Below, piece after piece: positions 1-13,300 of a stretch of DNA of 64,000 bases (positions are counted from its first letter, which is position 1; each line of letters starts with the position of its first letter). The notes beneath the pieces are model-generated. The model saw only the letters and a list, made by a program, of their open reading frames with translations, searched no databases and was not told the DNA's origin. This stretch comes from Octopus vulgaris (lineage: Eukaryota). The stretch covers positions 118,730,001-118,794,000 of the forward strand of contig OX597822.1 in NCBI GenBank assembly GCA_951406725.2. The letters run 5' to 3'. The position numbers were made by a program, and so were the translations under genes.

Positions 1-2854
1 CGCCAGTGCTGCTGGACTGGCTCCGGTGCAGGTGGCACATAAAAAGCACCATTTGGACGTGGCCGTTGCCAGTACCACCAAACTGGCCCTCGTGCTGGTG
101 GCACGTAAAAGCACCCACTACACTCTCGGAGTGGTTGTCGTTAGGAAGGGAATCCAGCAGTAGAAATTGCCAGATCAGACTGGAGTCTGGTTCGCCAGAC
201 CTCAACCAAATCGTCCAACCCATGCTAGCATGGAAAGCGGACGTTAAATGATGATGATGATGAACTCCTCTTCTGAAATAAATATGCAGCAAGGCATACA
301 GATGGATAGCTGGTAGCAGTCAGTCAAAAGGACTGGGAAAACTGCAACTTGAGTTGAAGAAACCATTAACATTTAGCAATTCTAAACTTTTTGATATACG
401 TTATATTGAACTTCCGGTTAAGTATTGTCATTTGTAATAGAGATACACGTCAACTGTTTTGGTTATTTGTGAATTTATTTAACTCCTAATAGCAACTAAT
501 ATTTTTTATTTAGTTTACTTATGACAACACACTACTCGACGTCTATCATTCAACTTTTTAAAGGAGACAGATTCGCCATAAAGAAAATGTGATATGCTAT
601 CATAAAAAATTTAAAAAACTAGATTAAAGGGTAGGGAGAAGAAATGGAACATTCTGAAGTTTATATTACTGGTATGTGCCATTGGCATCCCTAACAACCT
701 CGTGTATAGCAACACCATGATAGAATGGGAACTAGGAATTACTGATTAACTTCTGTTGCCCGGTTATTCAGATTTACAACAGAAATGACTCAAGGGTTTC
801 GTCCAAAAGAACAGTAGTGTTGAATGTTTAAGTGAGCAAGTATTTGTCTACTACAATTCTATGTACATCTAGAATGTTCTATAAGAATCAACTAGAGTAC
901 TTGACCGGAATTTTATTTTACTGACTCTAGACCATGGGAAGGCAAAGTTGACCTCGATTGGAATAAAGAGGTCTAATTAAAAACTGCAAGTTTATTCGAA
1001 TCGGTGCTTTAACATTACTGCCAATAAACCATATGGGTTAGTTACTAGAGATTTCCTAATCTATAGAACTATCTATTATCTATAAATCGATGTAGTATGT
1101 ATATTACATGAAATCATTTTAATATAAAGAGTAATACTACATCGATAAAAGTTTGAGGAAATCACTTTTATAAAATGTAGAAACATTGTTACTATCCGCA
1201 AAATCGGATCTCTTGGATTCAAACCATAATATGCATTTTCACGAAGCATGGGTTGAAGAAAGGGTTTTACGAGTTAAGAGACAAATGTCTGAATTCCTTC
1301 CATTTAAGAAGTCGATCTGACTCAATTTCCAAATTAATACCGTCTTTGTTAAATCGGTGATCTTTACAGGTGGGGCAATAATAATAACTATGTCACTTAG
1401 CGACACCTTAAGAGCATGTGTAGGTAGTTTCTAAAGAATAAAGAGTAAAAAATTAGAGAGGAGATCTAATTTTTACGTTTATGTATTTGTGTTTGCAAGA
1501 TTCCTTATAAAATAGCCAATAAGTTTTATTTCATAAAGATAGAGTAGATAAAAACGTGTTCCTTCCTAAACTAAAACAAAAATAAATATTGAGAAAGATT
1601 AAGGTTTAGTAAGCTTTATATATTGATGAGTTTTGAAGTAAGCCGTTAAGCCTAGCAGTAAATTCATGGTTAAGTGTAACAATTTCTCATTCAAGGGCAG
1701 ATTCAATTCAAATTAATCTGAGCTGAAAAGTTGCGCCTGAATTAATATCCCTTCCCGTTGTTACTGGGCAGGGCTTGAGACACAGCAGCAAAAGAAAAAA
1801 GGCCAGCTTAAATCAGGAAATGAAGTCCTTTTAAACAAATGAAGTTTAGGATGGGTAAATAACATTTATTAATAGTAATAATGTCATAGTTCGCTCACAA
1901 TATGATGACATAATGACGAATGTCTAGAAAAATGTAGATAGGAGCGCGCGCACTCCATAACCCACTTAGCAAAGCAGATAAAAGTTTGACCGAAAAACCA
2001 AACCCAGAGAAGATGATGTGGAATTTGTGAGGTTAGAGATGATGGGAATTAGAGACAAAGAATATGATATTAGAGTAAGGGATACAGAAACATTAAAAGC
2101 ATCACTCCTATAGAAGAGAATGGAAATTATAGAATGAGAAACGGTAATTAGTTGAGTATTAATTAGTTTATAATTACATCTCAAGTTGTGTGTTTCCGAC
2201 TTTATTCTATAGGAAAGCGGCTGAAAGCATGTTATGAGTATTGGAACAGATGGTTAGAGAAATGGAGAAGCACAGAACTAGAATATAATCGGAATGAAAT
2301 TTAGATTTTTAAGAAAAAAATTATATGTTTTAAGCTGGATAAGAGACGGTTAAGATTGAATGGCAACATTTATGACAGGTAAATCAAATGAAGTACAACA
2401 CGTTGTGTGGCGATGGCAGATGTAAGTGGTTGTTAATATGAAGATCCGCCGCACCCGGTCGGGGAAATGGAAACGGAAAAAATGTGGTGCGGATCTGGGT
2501 ATTGACCGATTTGGTGTGGAAACGGTTATTCTGAAAAATAAAACTGTAAATTCACTAACATACAGGATTGACATAATTAAATGTAATTAATTAGAATATT
2601 TTCCGACATCAGAGTTAGACATAAATGAATGAAGGAGACCTCTTGAGATTTCGGTAAAGATGAGGCAAGTGGAAGCTTATAAATGGGAACTGAAAACGTG
2701 AGGAATTTCTTATTGAAAAAAGGTTCAATTCTGGACAAAACAAAAATAAAATAATCGATTAAGACAACAGGAATATTTGAGAAACACAAAGTTTAAACAT
2801 CTTGGAAAGAAGAGAATCAAGAAATGTCCGTTTGTTTATGGAATCGCCACTTAC

Positions 2855-2910
2855 TTCTGGAAAATACCCCATAGAAAATTCTGGTCTACGTTAGATCCGT
2901 AATATGCCAT
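2855..2910 (-). CDS. PDCD6: Coding exon 1 of programmed cell death protein 6 (ALG-2, penta-EF-hand); the rest of the gene lies left of the window
   Basis: Minus strand reads ATG at 2910, then MAYYGSNVDQNFLWGIFQ(K), then a perfect AA|GTAAGT phase-2 donor (2854-2849). It matches the PDCD6 N-terminal motif DQSFLWNVFQR. Exon 2 (VDKDRSG...) was not found in 1-2850. Confidence 0.7.
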
Positions 2911-3074
2911 TTTCAAACAGCTCGCCTTAAAACAGTCTCTGTGCGGGGGAATCTACTAATTAGTGAAAAAAAAAATCACGGCTGAGAGGAAACGAGTAAA
3001 TATAAACAGAGCTTTAGTAAAATCCTACGCGAGGATATGGATTATCACATTGCAATGGGGCACATGCCTTAACG

Positions 3075-3145
3075 GTTCTGATTGGCTGCAATCGACTTTA
3101 CGTCACCACACCGAATCATTTCATCTCTATTTTCATTGGTCAGTT
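3075..3145. promoter_or_regulatory. Putative PDCD6 promoter (CCAAT boxes plus half-CRE)
   Basis: TGATTGGCTG near 3080, TTACGTCA near 3100 and CATTGGTC near 3135, about 170-230 nt upstream of the minus-strand ATG. Confidence 0.4.
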
Positions 3146-3309
3146 CATTAGTTACTAATTTGTCAATTTCCCTCCGTTTCTCTATGTTTCGTCACCAATG
3201 CGATATTGTTTCCCCATATTCAGAGGAAATGACATAAAAGGGAAAAAAATGTGCTTCGGTCAGGTACACGTTGACATGTTGGACAGGTACAATAACTCTC
3301 AAAGAGTAT

Positions 3310-3548
3310 GGCGGCGAGTTGGCAGAATCGTTAGCACGCCGGGCGAAATGCTTAGCAGTAGTTCGTCTGCCGTTACCTTCTGAGTTCAAATCCCGCCGAG
3401 GTTGACTTTGCCTTTCATCCTTTCGGGGTCGATAAATTAAGTACCAGTTACGCACTGAGGTCGATGTAATCGACCTAATCCCTTTGTCTGTCTTTGTTTG
3501 TCCTCTTTGTGTTTAGCCCCTTGTGGGTAGTAAAGAAACAGGTATTTC
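3310..3548 (+). mobile_element. tRNA-derived SINE, family B (GGCGGCGAGCTGGCAGAATCGTTAGCA head)
   Basis: A/B-box-like head (GAGTTCAAATCCC). Related copies lie at ~21995-22210(-), 26195-26425(-), 31495-31705(-), 34130-35110 (several), 35477-35697(+) and 43900-44320(+). Confidence 0.75.
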
Positions 3549-4794
3549 TCTCTGCTTCATCAGCAATGCGATATTGTTTCCCAGGAAATGACATGAAAGA
3601 AAAAAAAATGTGCTTCAGTCAGGTACACGTTGACATGTTGGCCTGGAACAATAACTCACAAAGAGTTGGCGTTCTTTGTATAGTTTTTATTTCAACTATT
3701 CGTTCCGATTGCTAAGTCTAAAGAATGTTAAGTGTAATATCAATTAGTGTTAATATACTTAATGTACAGACCATTAAAAAGAACGATTAGAAATTATATA
3801 AAGTAAGAAAAAGAAAACAGAAAGACACTGTGCTGTTGTTGTTGTTGTTGTTGTCTATTAAATACTTAATCCACCGGGACAACGCCAATTATATTTCGTT
3901 CAGAACAATCTCGAAATTTCAATCATTTCTCTGCAATTGCTCTTCACACAGCCACTCACTCAATGCTCTGCAGTCAATTATACATAGATACAACCTTGTG
4001 ATGGCGCATTGCATCAATTTCTCATTACTTCATTTATTCCAAATGTTTCCTGACTCGGGTACACGCGGTATGAGGTCAATTAACTAACGCCTGTCAATCA
4101 ACCTGACAAGTAATACACACATTTAAATTTTAATCACTCTTTCTCTTACTTCGCTCTCTCCCCCATCTCTCTCATATATATATACACACACGCGCACACA
4201 CACACACAGACACACACTAGTACTATGACCCGGCGTTGCCGGTCTAGTGCTTGTGCTTGTGAAATCCCAACTCTAGTTTTTTTTTTATTGTAGCTGTGGC
4301 CAGTTCCCCCTGACTGGCTCCTGTGCAGGTGGGACATAAAAAGCACCATCCAAATGTGGTCGATGCCAGATCAACCTGATTGGCACCCAGGATGCACTGT
4401 AACCATTTCAACATCACCTCCTCCAACGCCTCTACCCCTCTTATAAGCTTTCTTATGTTTGTTTTATGTCTTGCAAGTACTTGGTGACTTTGTCAGTGCA
4501 GGTGCCACTTAAAAGCACCCAGTCCACACTGTAAAGTGTTGGTGTTCAGAAGGGTATCCAGCTGTAGAAACCTTTCCAAAACTGACTTTCCCTGTGCATG
4601 TGCCACATAAAAAGCACTCAGCTAAGTGGTTGGTGTTAGGAAGGGCGTCCAAAATAGTCACAGAAGTCTGGTGCAGGCTTCGGCCTGGCTGGCTCTTGTG
4701 GAACCATCCCACCCATGACCCATGGAAGACAATGATGATGATACATATACATACATATATATATGTATGTATATAAATAAATATATATATATAT

Positions 4795-5172
4795 GAGTGG
4801 CTGTGTGGTAAGTAGCTTGTTTACCAACCACATGGTTCCGGGTTCAGTCCCACTGCGTGGCACCTTGGGCAAGTGTCTTCTACTATAGCCTCAGGCCGAT
4901 CAAAGCCTTGTGAGTGGATTTGGTAGACGGAAACTGAAAAGAAGCCCGTCATATATATGTATATACATGTATGCGTGTCTGTGTTTGTCCCCCTAGCATT
5001 GCTTGACAACTGATGCTGGTGTGTTTATGTCCCCGTTACTTAGCAGTTCGGCAAAAGAGACCGATAGAATAAGTACTAGGCTTTCAAAAGAATAAGTCCC
5101 GGGGTCGAGCTGGTCGATTAAAGGCGGTGCTCCAGCATGGCTGCAGTCAAATGACTGAAATAAGTAAAAGAG
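4795..5172 (+). mobile_element. tRNA-derived SINE, family A (GAGTGGCTGTGTGGTAAG...GGTTCAGTCCC head)
   Basis: Pol III A/B boxes, internal TA/TG microsatellite and GAAACAAGTAAAAGAG tail. Near-identical copies at 18356-18753(+), 38443-38838(-) and 46712-47140(+). Confidence 0.8.
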
Positions 5173-5229
5173 AATATATATATATATATATGTTGACAGA
5201 GTAATTAAAATTAGATTAGTCCTTCACCA

Positions 5230-8200
5230 TAGGACAGCTACCATCATCTCGGCATATGCCCCTCAACCAGGGCTACCGGAAGGACAAAAAGACCAATTCT
5301 ATGACACCCTATTGCGGACTACCTCGTTGACAAATGACAGTGACCTTCTCTTCGTGGCAGGTGATTTCAATGGACATGTTGGACGGCATGTCGGGGGCGT
5401 CCATGGAGGCTACAGTTTTGACTCTCGTAATGAGGAGGGAACCAGGCTGCTGGAGTTCTGCGATGCAAATGACCTTATGGTCTGCAATACCAACTTCAGG
5501 AAACCCACCTCTCACCTAGTCACCTACCGTTCTGGCAGACACACCAGCCAGATTGACTACATCCTTGCCAGAAAAAGGGAAAGAGGGCTGATTATAAATG
5601 CCAAAACCTTTCCAGGCGAAGAATGTACTCCTCAACATAGATTAGTAGTTAGTGACTTCAGGATCAGAGCTAAATGGTTGCCCAGAAGAAGACCAGCTTG
5701 GAGGAGAAGGGTCTGGAAGCTTAAAGATCCTGCAAATGGACAGAGATTTACAGACATACTACTCGAAGCCTTTGACGAAATAGAAGGGGATATAGCTTCA
5801 CTTAATGTGGAAGACAACTGGAGATTTCTACGGGACAATCTGCTGACAGCCACTGACCAGATCTGTGGATGGAGCAAAGTACCATCTTGACCCAGAGTAA
5901 CATGGTGGTGGAACACTGTGGTTGACAGGGCTATTAGACAAAAGAGACAGGCTTGGAAGGACTGGAAGAACGGTGGTAGCAGGGAATTGTATCAGCCAGC
6001 CAGAAAGGAAGCTAGGAGACAGGTTTATTTAGCCAGAGGGGAAGCGGATAAGAAAAAATTTGCCAATGTTCTGAGCCGTGAGGATGAAAGACTTGAGGTA
6101 TTTCATGTTGCAAGACAGTGTGTGAGAGAGAATTGTGATGTGGTAGGAGAGAAGTGTGTTCGCATGGATGATGGTTCCCTTGCACTAAATGAGGATGCAA
6201 AGAGAGAGGTTTGGAGATGCCACTATGAAAGGTTGCTGAATAAAGAAAATGAATGGGATAAAGAGAGTCTGCCGAATGTTGACCCAACAGAGGGACCAGC
6301 TATCCGAGTTGATAGTTCCGTGGTAGCTAAGGCAATTAGAAGCATGAAGACAGGGAAAGCCCCAGGCCCATCAGGAATTACTGCAGAGATGCTCAAAATA
6401 TCTGGCAGTGTCGGCTATAACCGAGTCACCCATATAGTCAACCAGGTGATACACGAAGGAGTCATACCCAATGACTGGTGTAGCAGCATACTAGTCAACT
6501 GCTACAAAGGTAAAGGTGATGCCCTAGATACAAATAATTACAGAGGTATCAAGCTGTTGGATCAGGTAATGAAGGTTACGGAGAGGGTCATAGTCCAACA
6601 AATTAGAGAGAGAGTTAGTTTAGATGAGATGCAGTTTGCGTTCGTGCCAGGGAAAAGCACCACTGATGCTATATTCCTGGTAAGGCAGCTGCAGGAGAAA
6701 TACCTAGCCAAAGATAAGCCCCTGTACCTGGCTTTCGTTGACATGGAGAAAGCCTTTGATAGGGTCCCCCGATCCCTTATCTGGTGGTCAATGAGGAAAC
6801 TAGGGATAGATGAATGGCTGGTGAGGGCTGTGCAAGCCATGTACAGAGATGCCGTAAGTAAGGTTAGGGTTGGCAACATGTACACAGAAGAATTCAAAGT
6901 AGAGGTTGGGGTCCACCAGGGTTCAGTACTCAGCCCCCTCCTATTTATCATAGTGCTCCAGGCAATTGCAGAGGAATTCAAAACAGGTTGCCCCTGGGAG
7001 CTCCTCTATGCTGATGACCTTGCTCTAATTGCTGAGTCACTATCAGAACTGGAGGAGAGGTTCCAGGTGTGGAAGGAGGGTTTAGAATCGAGGGGCCTTA
7101 GACTCAACCTAGCTAAAACCAAAGTACTAATAAGTAGAAAGGTAGACAATCCACAAATGTCTTCAGGAAGATGGCCCTGCTCTATCTGTAGAAAAGGTGT
7201 AAGTAGAAACTCTATAAGATGTACCCAGTGTAAGCTATGGACATATAAGAGGTGCAGCAATGTCAAAGGTAGGCTAACTGGGAAGATAGTTTTTGTATGT
7301 GGCAGATGCTCGGGAACATTGACCTCCGAAAATCTGCAGAAAACAACTTCCGTCACTTTCCAGGGGGAAAAACTAGAAGTAGTTGATAGCTTCCATTATC
7401 TAGGTGACCAAGTCAGTAGTGGGGGTGGGTGCGCTGAAAGTGTAACTGCTAGAATAAGAATAGCCTGGACAAAGTTTAGGGAGCTCTTACCTCTGCTGGT
7501 GACTAAAGGCCTCTCGCTCAGAGTAAAAGGCAGACTGTATGATGCATGTGTACGAACTGCCATGCTACATGACTGCTGAGGACATGCGTAAGCTCATGAG
7601 GAATGAAGCCAGTATGCTCCGATGGATGTGTAATGTCAGTGTACTTACTCGACAGAGCGTTAGTACCTTGAGAGAAATGTTGTACCTAAGAAGCATCAGT
7701 TGTGGTGTGCAAGAGAGACGATTGCGCTGGTATGGTCATGTGGTGAGAATGGATGAAGATAGGTGTGTGAGAAAGTGCCAATCCCTAGCAGTTGAGGAAA
7801 CCCGTGGAAGAGGTAGACCCAGGAAAACCTGGGACGAGGTGGTGAAGCACGACCTTCGAACATTAGGTCTCACCATGGAAATGACTAGAGACCGAGACCT
7901 ATGGAAGTATGCTGTGCGTGAGAAGACCCGGCAAGACTAGTGAAGCCATAACCCGTGGCCCCTACCTGGGACGTAGTCAGTCCACCTGTGCATACCTTCC
8001 TTCCTGTGACACTTGTGAAGACCTGTTGAGGCAAGTGAAAATCAAATCAAATCAAACCAAATCAAAATAGATGAACATCAATGGAATTTGTATCCTTGTG
8101 GTACCAGTGCCGGTGGCACATAAGAAAACCATCCGAACGTGGCCGTAGCCAGTACCGCATCGACTGGCCTCCGTGCTGTGGGCACGTAACAAACACCATC

Positions 8201-8553
8201 CGATCGTGGCCGTTCGCCAGCCTCGTCTGGCACCTGTGTCGGTGGCACATAAAAAACACCATCCGAGCGTGGCTGTCTGCCAGCCTCGTCTGGCACCTGT
8301 GTCGGTGGCACATAAAAAACACCATCCGAGCATGGCTGTCTGCCAGCCTCGTCTGGCACCTGTGTCGGTGGCACATAAAATCACCCACTACACTCTCGGA
8401 GTGGTTGGCGTTAGGAAGGGCATCCAGCTGTAGAAACACTGCCAGATCTGACTGGCCTGGTGCAGCCTTCGGGCTCGCCAGACCCCAGTTGAACCGTCCA
8501 ACCCATGCTAGCATGGAAAGCGGACGTTAAACGATGATGATGATGATGATGAT
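5230..8553 (+). mobile_element. 5'-truncated RTE-clade LINE (AP endonuclease + reverse transcriptase), inactivated, with long 3' UTR and (GAT)n tail
   Basis: APE motifs SAYAP, AGDFNGHVG and SQIDYIL (5312-5890). RT motifs FVDMEKAFDRV, GVHQGSVLSPLLF and LYADDL (5918-7579). RTE C-terminus RRLRWYGHV...GRGRPRKTW (to 7940). In-frame TGA at 5888-5890 and a frameshift near 7570. Confidence 0.93.
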
Positions 8554-9929
8554 ATATATAGTGTGTGACATTAGGAAGGGCATCCAGCTGTAGAAACATT
8601 GCCAGATCAAACTGGGCCTGGTGCAGCCTTCTGGTTTCCCAGACCCCAGTTGAACCATCCAACCCATGCTAGCATGGAAAGCGGACGCTAAACGATGATG
8701 ATATATATATATACTAGAAAAAAGCAACAAGAATGGATTAGTTGTTCAGTGCAATTGTTTCATACGAAGAACAGCTTTATTAAAAGCTGCAAATATTGCA
8801 GCAAATACAAGTGTCCCGTATTCATCAGCCAAAACACATATGAGTTTTCCAAACATCCTAGGGGGTGAGGCTACACTCATGAAGTATCGAAGAGAGTTCT
8901 ATGAAAAGCAAAGTTAGATTGTAAGCAGACTTCAAAAGTTCTCTAATGATGCACAGTTTTATAAAAGGTTTTTTAAAAAAAGTTTGTTGGCTTCACAGAA
9001 AAGATAAATCCATCCATAATAATGCAGGTGTAATTTCTGGAGATATGAGGAGATATTTCATACTCAGAGAAGATGAATGTATCCATAATAATGTAGATGT
9101 AATTTTCTGATATATGAGAAGATGTTGATCACACTTCTAATTGTTTCACAAAACTACTATGTTGGAAGAAGGGATTGGTTATATTGGCTAAAAGAAGTCA
9201 CAAAAGAAGTCAGTGAAGCAGAAACCGCCCAAATAAGGACATTATGGGACATTATGGGAGGAAGGGGTGTAAGTACACAACCTACAAGGTTTAGTTTATT
9301 TCTGTGGTGACAGAAAATCTAGGTCAGTGTTGCAGGAATCTGAGATTTATAATTTATAAAAGAGAACATTACTTTTGACCATCATACAGCTATTAACTGC
9401 CAATCCTACAGAGTTAATGGTGGGTTAAAGAATATAAAGAGAACAAAAGAAAGTATCAAAGGGGTCAAAGGCTATCAGTAGAGGAAAATACATTAAGAGA
9501 TTTAAGTGCAACACTAGAGCAGGAGGTCATTTAATTATTATTGTTTCTATTTATATAAACGTTTATACATTGTAAGACAGACTTTAGGTCTATACCTAGA
9601 GGTCAATTAATTTCTATAGTAAAAGGTTTATTCAAAATATAGTGAAAATCATAGTGAAAATACTTTATATTATTATTAAGGGAGTAGCATTACCTATTAA
9701 ACTTAGAATAGAATTAGGAAGTATTAGCAATTTATTTGATTTAAGTTGGGTTCATTAAATTAGATTAAATTAAATTAACTATATAGCCAATTAAAAATTT
9801 TTGGCAACGTACAAATACCATTTATTTTATGGTTAATACCATAAAGAATTCTGGTGCATCTAAGTTAAGTACCACTTTCATGTGAATTCATTGGAACTCA
9901 CTTGAATCTTAATTGTTTTTACTGAAACA

Positions 9930-10257
9930 GTGGTTAGAGCATCGAGCTTACGATCCTGAGGTTGTGAGCTCGAATCCCGGACCGGGCTGCGTGTTGTGTT
10001 CTTGAGCAAGACACTTTATTTCACATTGCTCCAGTTCACTCAGCTGTAGAAATGAGTTGCGATGTCACAGGTGCCAAGCTGTATCGGCCCTTGCCTTTCC
10101 CTTGGACAACATCGGTGACGTGGAGAGGGGAGGCCGGTATGCATGGGCAACTGCTGGTCTTCCATAAAACAACCTTGCCCAGACTTGTGCCTCAGAGGGT
10201 AACTCTCTAGGTGCAAACCCATGGTCTGTGTCTGACCGAAGGGGGTCACCACCACCA
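9930..10257 (+). mobile_element. tRNA-headed SINE, family C
   Basis: GTGGTTAGAGC...TCGAATCCC head. An inverted copy lies at ~27470-27810. Confidence 0.7.
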
Positions 10258-10334
10258 TATATATATATTATATATCTTTCACTAAACCTCCTCTGATATG
10301 TCACATTTGGTGGATGTGGGTTTTCACTTCGCTG

Positions 10335-11070
10335 CCCTCATCTTTGTTTCTTGCCTAGTTCATCAGGAACCCTTGACAGAAGGAATTCTAGTTTTGTTTT
10401 GAAAAATCCTGCATCCATGCTGTGCAGGTCTCTCAGGCTTTGTGGGAGGATATTGAAGATCTGTGGGCCTTTGAAGCCCAAGCTTTTGCAGTATCTGGTC
10501 CTGTATCCTGACGGCAATGGTGAGACCTTTGGTATCGTGTAGTAGTGCCCCATCCTTCTGTTTGTGTAAGTGACAATACCAAAGTTTGGAACAAGTTTTT
10601 CTAGGATTTTCCAGATGCATATTATTGCATGTGGAGGTGCAGTGGCCCAGTGGTTAGGGCAGCAGACATGCGGTCATAGGATCGCAGTTTCGATTACCAG
10701 AAAATACCTAAAGCTCCACGAGGCTCCGGCAGGGGGTGGTGATCCCTGCTGTACTCTTTCACCACAACTTTCTCACACTCTTTCTTCTGTTGGCCTGCTC
10801 ACTTAGCCTGCAGGGTAGCGTCATTTGAAGGCTAAAACAATGCGAAGCGCATTGTGCCCAGCGATGTGTAGCAACATCTGATGGCCTGGTCGGTCACGTG
10901 ATCACGTGATATTATTGCATATCTTTCCTGCCTTCACTCCAGGGAGTAGAATTTTAACTCTTTCAGTCTATCTCAGGAGCTGATATGTTGCATTGTATCA
11001 ATGTTCTTTGTGTAGCTTCAGTGGATTGTCTCGAGTTCCATCGTTAATTTTACCTTGTTTAGTGACCATA
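10335..11070 (-). mobile_element. Degenerate CR1/L2-like LINE 3' fragment interrupted by a SINE (10632-10910)
   Basis: Minus-strand peptide GPQIFNILPQSLRD...FKTKL...VPDE is typical of a CR1/L2 ORF2 C-terminus. The inserted SINE (GGAGGTGCAGTGGCCCAGTGGTTAGG) has a fuller copy at 48265-48640(-). Confidence 0.55.
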
Positions 11071-11799
11071 GTTCATCATCATCATCCTCATCATAGTTTA
11101 ACATCCGTTTTCCATGCTAGCACTGGTTGGACTGTTCGACCGGGGTCTGGTAAGCCAGGAGGCTGAACCAGGCTCCAGTCTGGTCTGGCAATGTTTCTAC
11201 GGCTGGATGCCCTTCCTAACGCCAACCACTCCGAGAGTGTAGTGGGTGCTTTTTACGTGCCACCGGCACAGGTGCCAGGGGAGGCTGGCAATGGCTACAA
11301 TTGGCTGGTGGTTTTTATGTGCCACCGACACGGAAGCCAGTCAAGGTGGTGCTGGCATCAGCCACATATGGATGGTGCTTTTTAGGCGCCACCGGCACAG
11401 GTGCCAGGGTAGGCTGGCAATGACCACGAACGGTTGGTGCCTTTTACGTGCCACCGGCATGGGGGTCAGTAATCCAGACAGCCAAGAACAAAAGACCTCT
11501 AGATGACTGTCTTGGTTTACTTTTCTCTTGTTTTGAAAGTTTGAAGGATCCTTGCTTCCAGACATCTGCATTTTACTGCCAGCTCTGTAATGTGCACCTG
11601 CAAAGATGCATCATCACTCCTGTTAATGCCCAGGTAATGCAGTGATTTTGATTCAGGGATTGGAATCCCTTGTCGGTCAGTGTATCCTATCTGCTTTCCA
11701 TTGAGCTTCTTGTGTTGGTAGGGGTCGGGGCTTGGAGTTTTCCAGCATTAAACTGCATGTTATTTTCCTCAGCTCACCTCTGTATTGTGACCAACTCAC

Positions 11800-12716
11800 G
11801 TTGCAGAAGGAGACCCAGGAAGACATGGGATGAGGTGGTGAAGCACAACCTTCAAACGTTGGGCCTCCCAGAGGCAATGATAGGCAACTGAGACCTTTGG
11901 AGATATGCCGTGCTTGAGAAGACCTGGCAAGTCAATTGAGAGCATAGTCATGGCCGATACCAGTGTTGCGTAACTGGCCCATTAAAAGCACCCTTCAATT
12001 GTTGGGCAATATGCCATGCTTGTGAAGTCCTGTTGAACCAAGTGAAGTTGTAGTCAAGGCCGATGCCAGTGCTGCCTGACTGGCACTTGTGCCGGTGGGA
12101 TATAAAGAGCACCATTTGAGTGTGGCCAATGTCAGTGCTGCCTGACAGGCACCCATGCAGGTGGCACATAATATGCACTATTTGAGTGTGGTCAATGCCA
12201 GTATCACCTGACTGGCAACCAAATCGGTGGCACGTAAAATGCACCATTTGAGCATGACCAATGCCAGTGTTGCCTGACTGGTAACTTGTCAGTGGTAAGT
12301 AAAAAGCATGGCACTACTTAAATACAGAGGTCCCAATGCATCTATGTAATGATATGAAGGGTGTGGGTAGGGTAGTTTTAGAATTAGTTAGGGTTAGGGT
12401 TAGTGTGTCGTTACACATCCACACAGTGTACATTTAAAATGTTTTGTACATAGCACCAATATTTAAGTGGTGCAGTTAAGGGACCTCTGTATTTAAGTAG
12501 AACCAAAAGCACCATTCAAGCATGGCCAATGCCAGTGCCGCCTGACTGGCACCTGTGCCAGTGATATGTAAAAGCACCCACTACACTCTCGGAGTGCTTG
12601 ATGTTAGGAAGGGCATCGAGCTGTAGAAACCCTGCCATATCAAATTGGGGCCTGGTGCAGCCATCTGGTTTGCCAGTCCTCAGTCAAACCGTTCTACCCA
12701 TGCCGACGATGAGGAT
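11800..12716 (+). mobile_element. 5'-truncated copy of the RTE LINE (ORF end RPRKTWDEVVKH plus repetitive 3' UTR)
   Basis: Homologous to 7810-8550. Further truncated 3'-end copies at 1-262, 11073-11460(-), 16400-16633, 19829-20140(-), 20492-20755(-), 24713-25022, 25262-25630(-), 26945-27302, 27950-28305, 47505-48060 and 51694-51792. Confidence 0.8.
12310..12504. mobile_element. MITE (Merlin-like) inserted in an RTE 3' UTR
   Basis: About 25-bp TIRs GGCACTACTTAAATACAGAGGTCCC / GGGACCTCTGTATTTAAGTAGAACC, an 8-bp TSD AAAAGCA(T/C), and an internal TTAGGGTTAGGGTTAG. Confidence 0.7.
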
Positions 12717-12747
12717 AATATATATACATACGCACACACATGTGTGT

Positions 12748-12952
<205 letters not shown>

Positions 12953-13191
12953 GTGTATGAAGAAGGCTTTGAAACATATGTAGAAAATAATAAAAAGGAA
13001 TTTTGTTTAATCTTCGTTCAGCTCCATTTCTTCATACACTAAATATATAAACTTCAAATTTCCGCACTAAGGCACGGGTTTGAGACCCCATGGTCGTAAC
13101 CTCAACCGTGATTTTTCTGTTGTGATTTTTGCTACCCAAGTATCGGTTATCTTTTGAATAATCTGTAACAAAATAATTCATTTATCCATTT

Positions 13192-13300
<109 letters not shown>

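Noticed and set aside
1300-2750. Possible ancient retroelement ORF (also 8720-9850)
   Set aside because: Too degenerate; I could not read a diagnostic motif with confidence.
12385-12405. Telomeric (TTAGGG)n
   Set aside because: Only about 2.5 units inside a MITE; not a chromosome end or true interstitial telomere.
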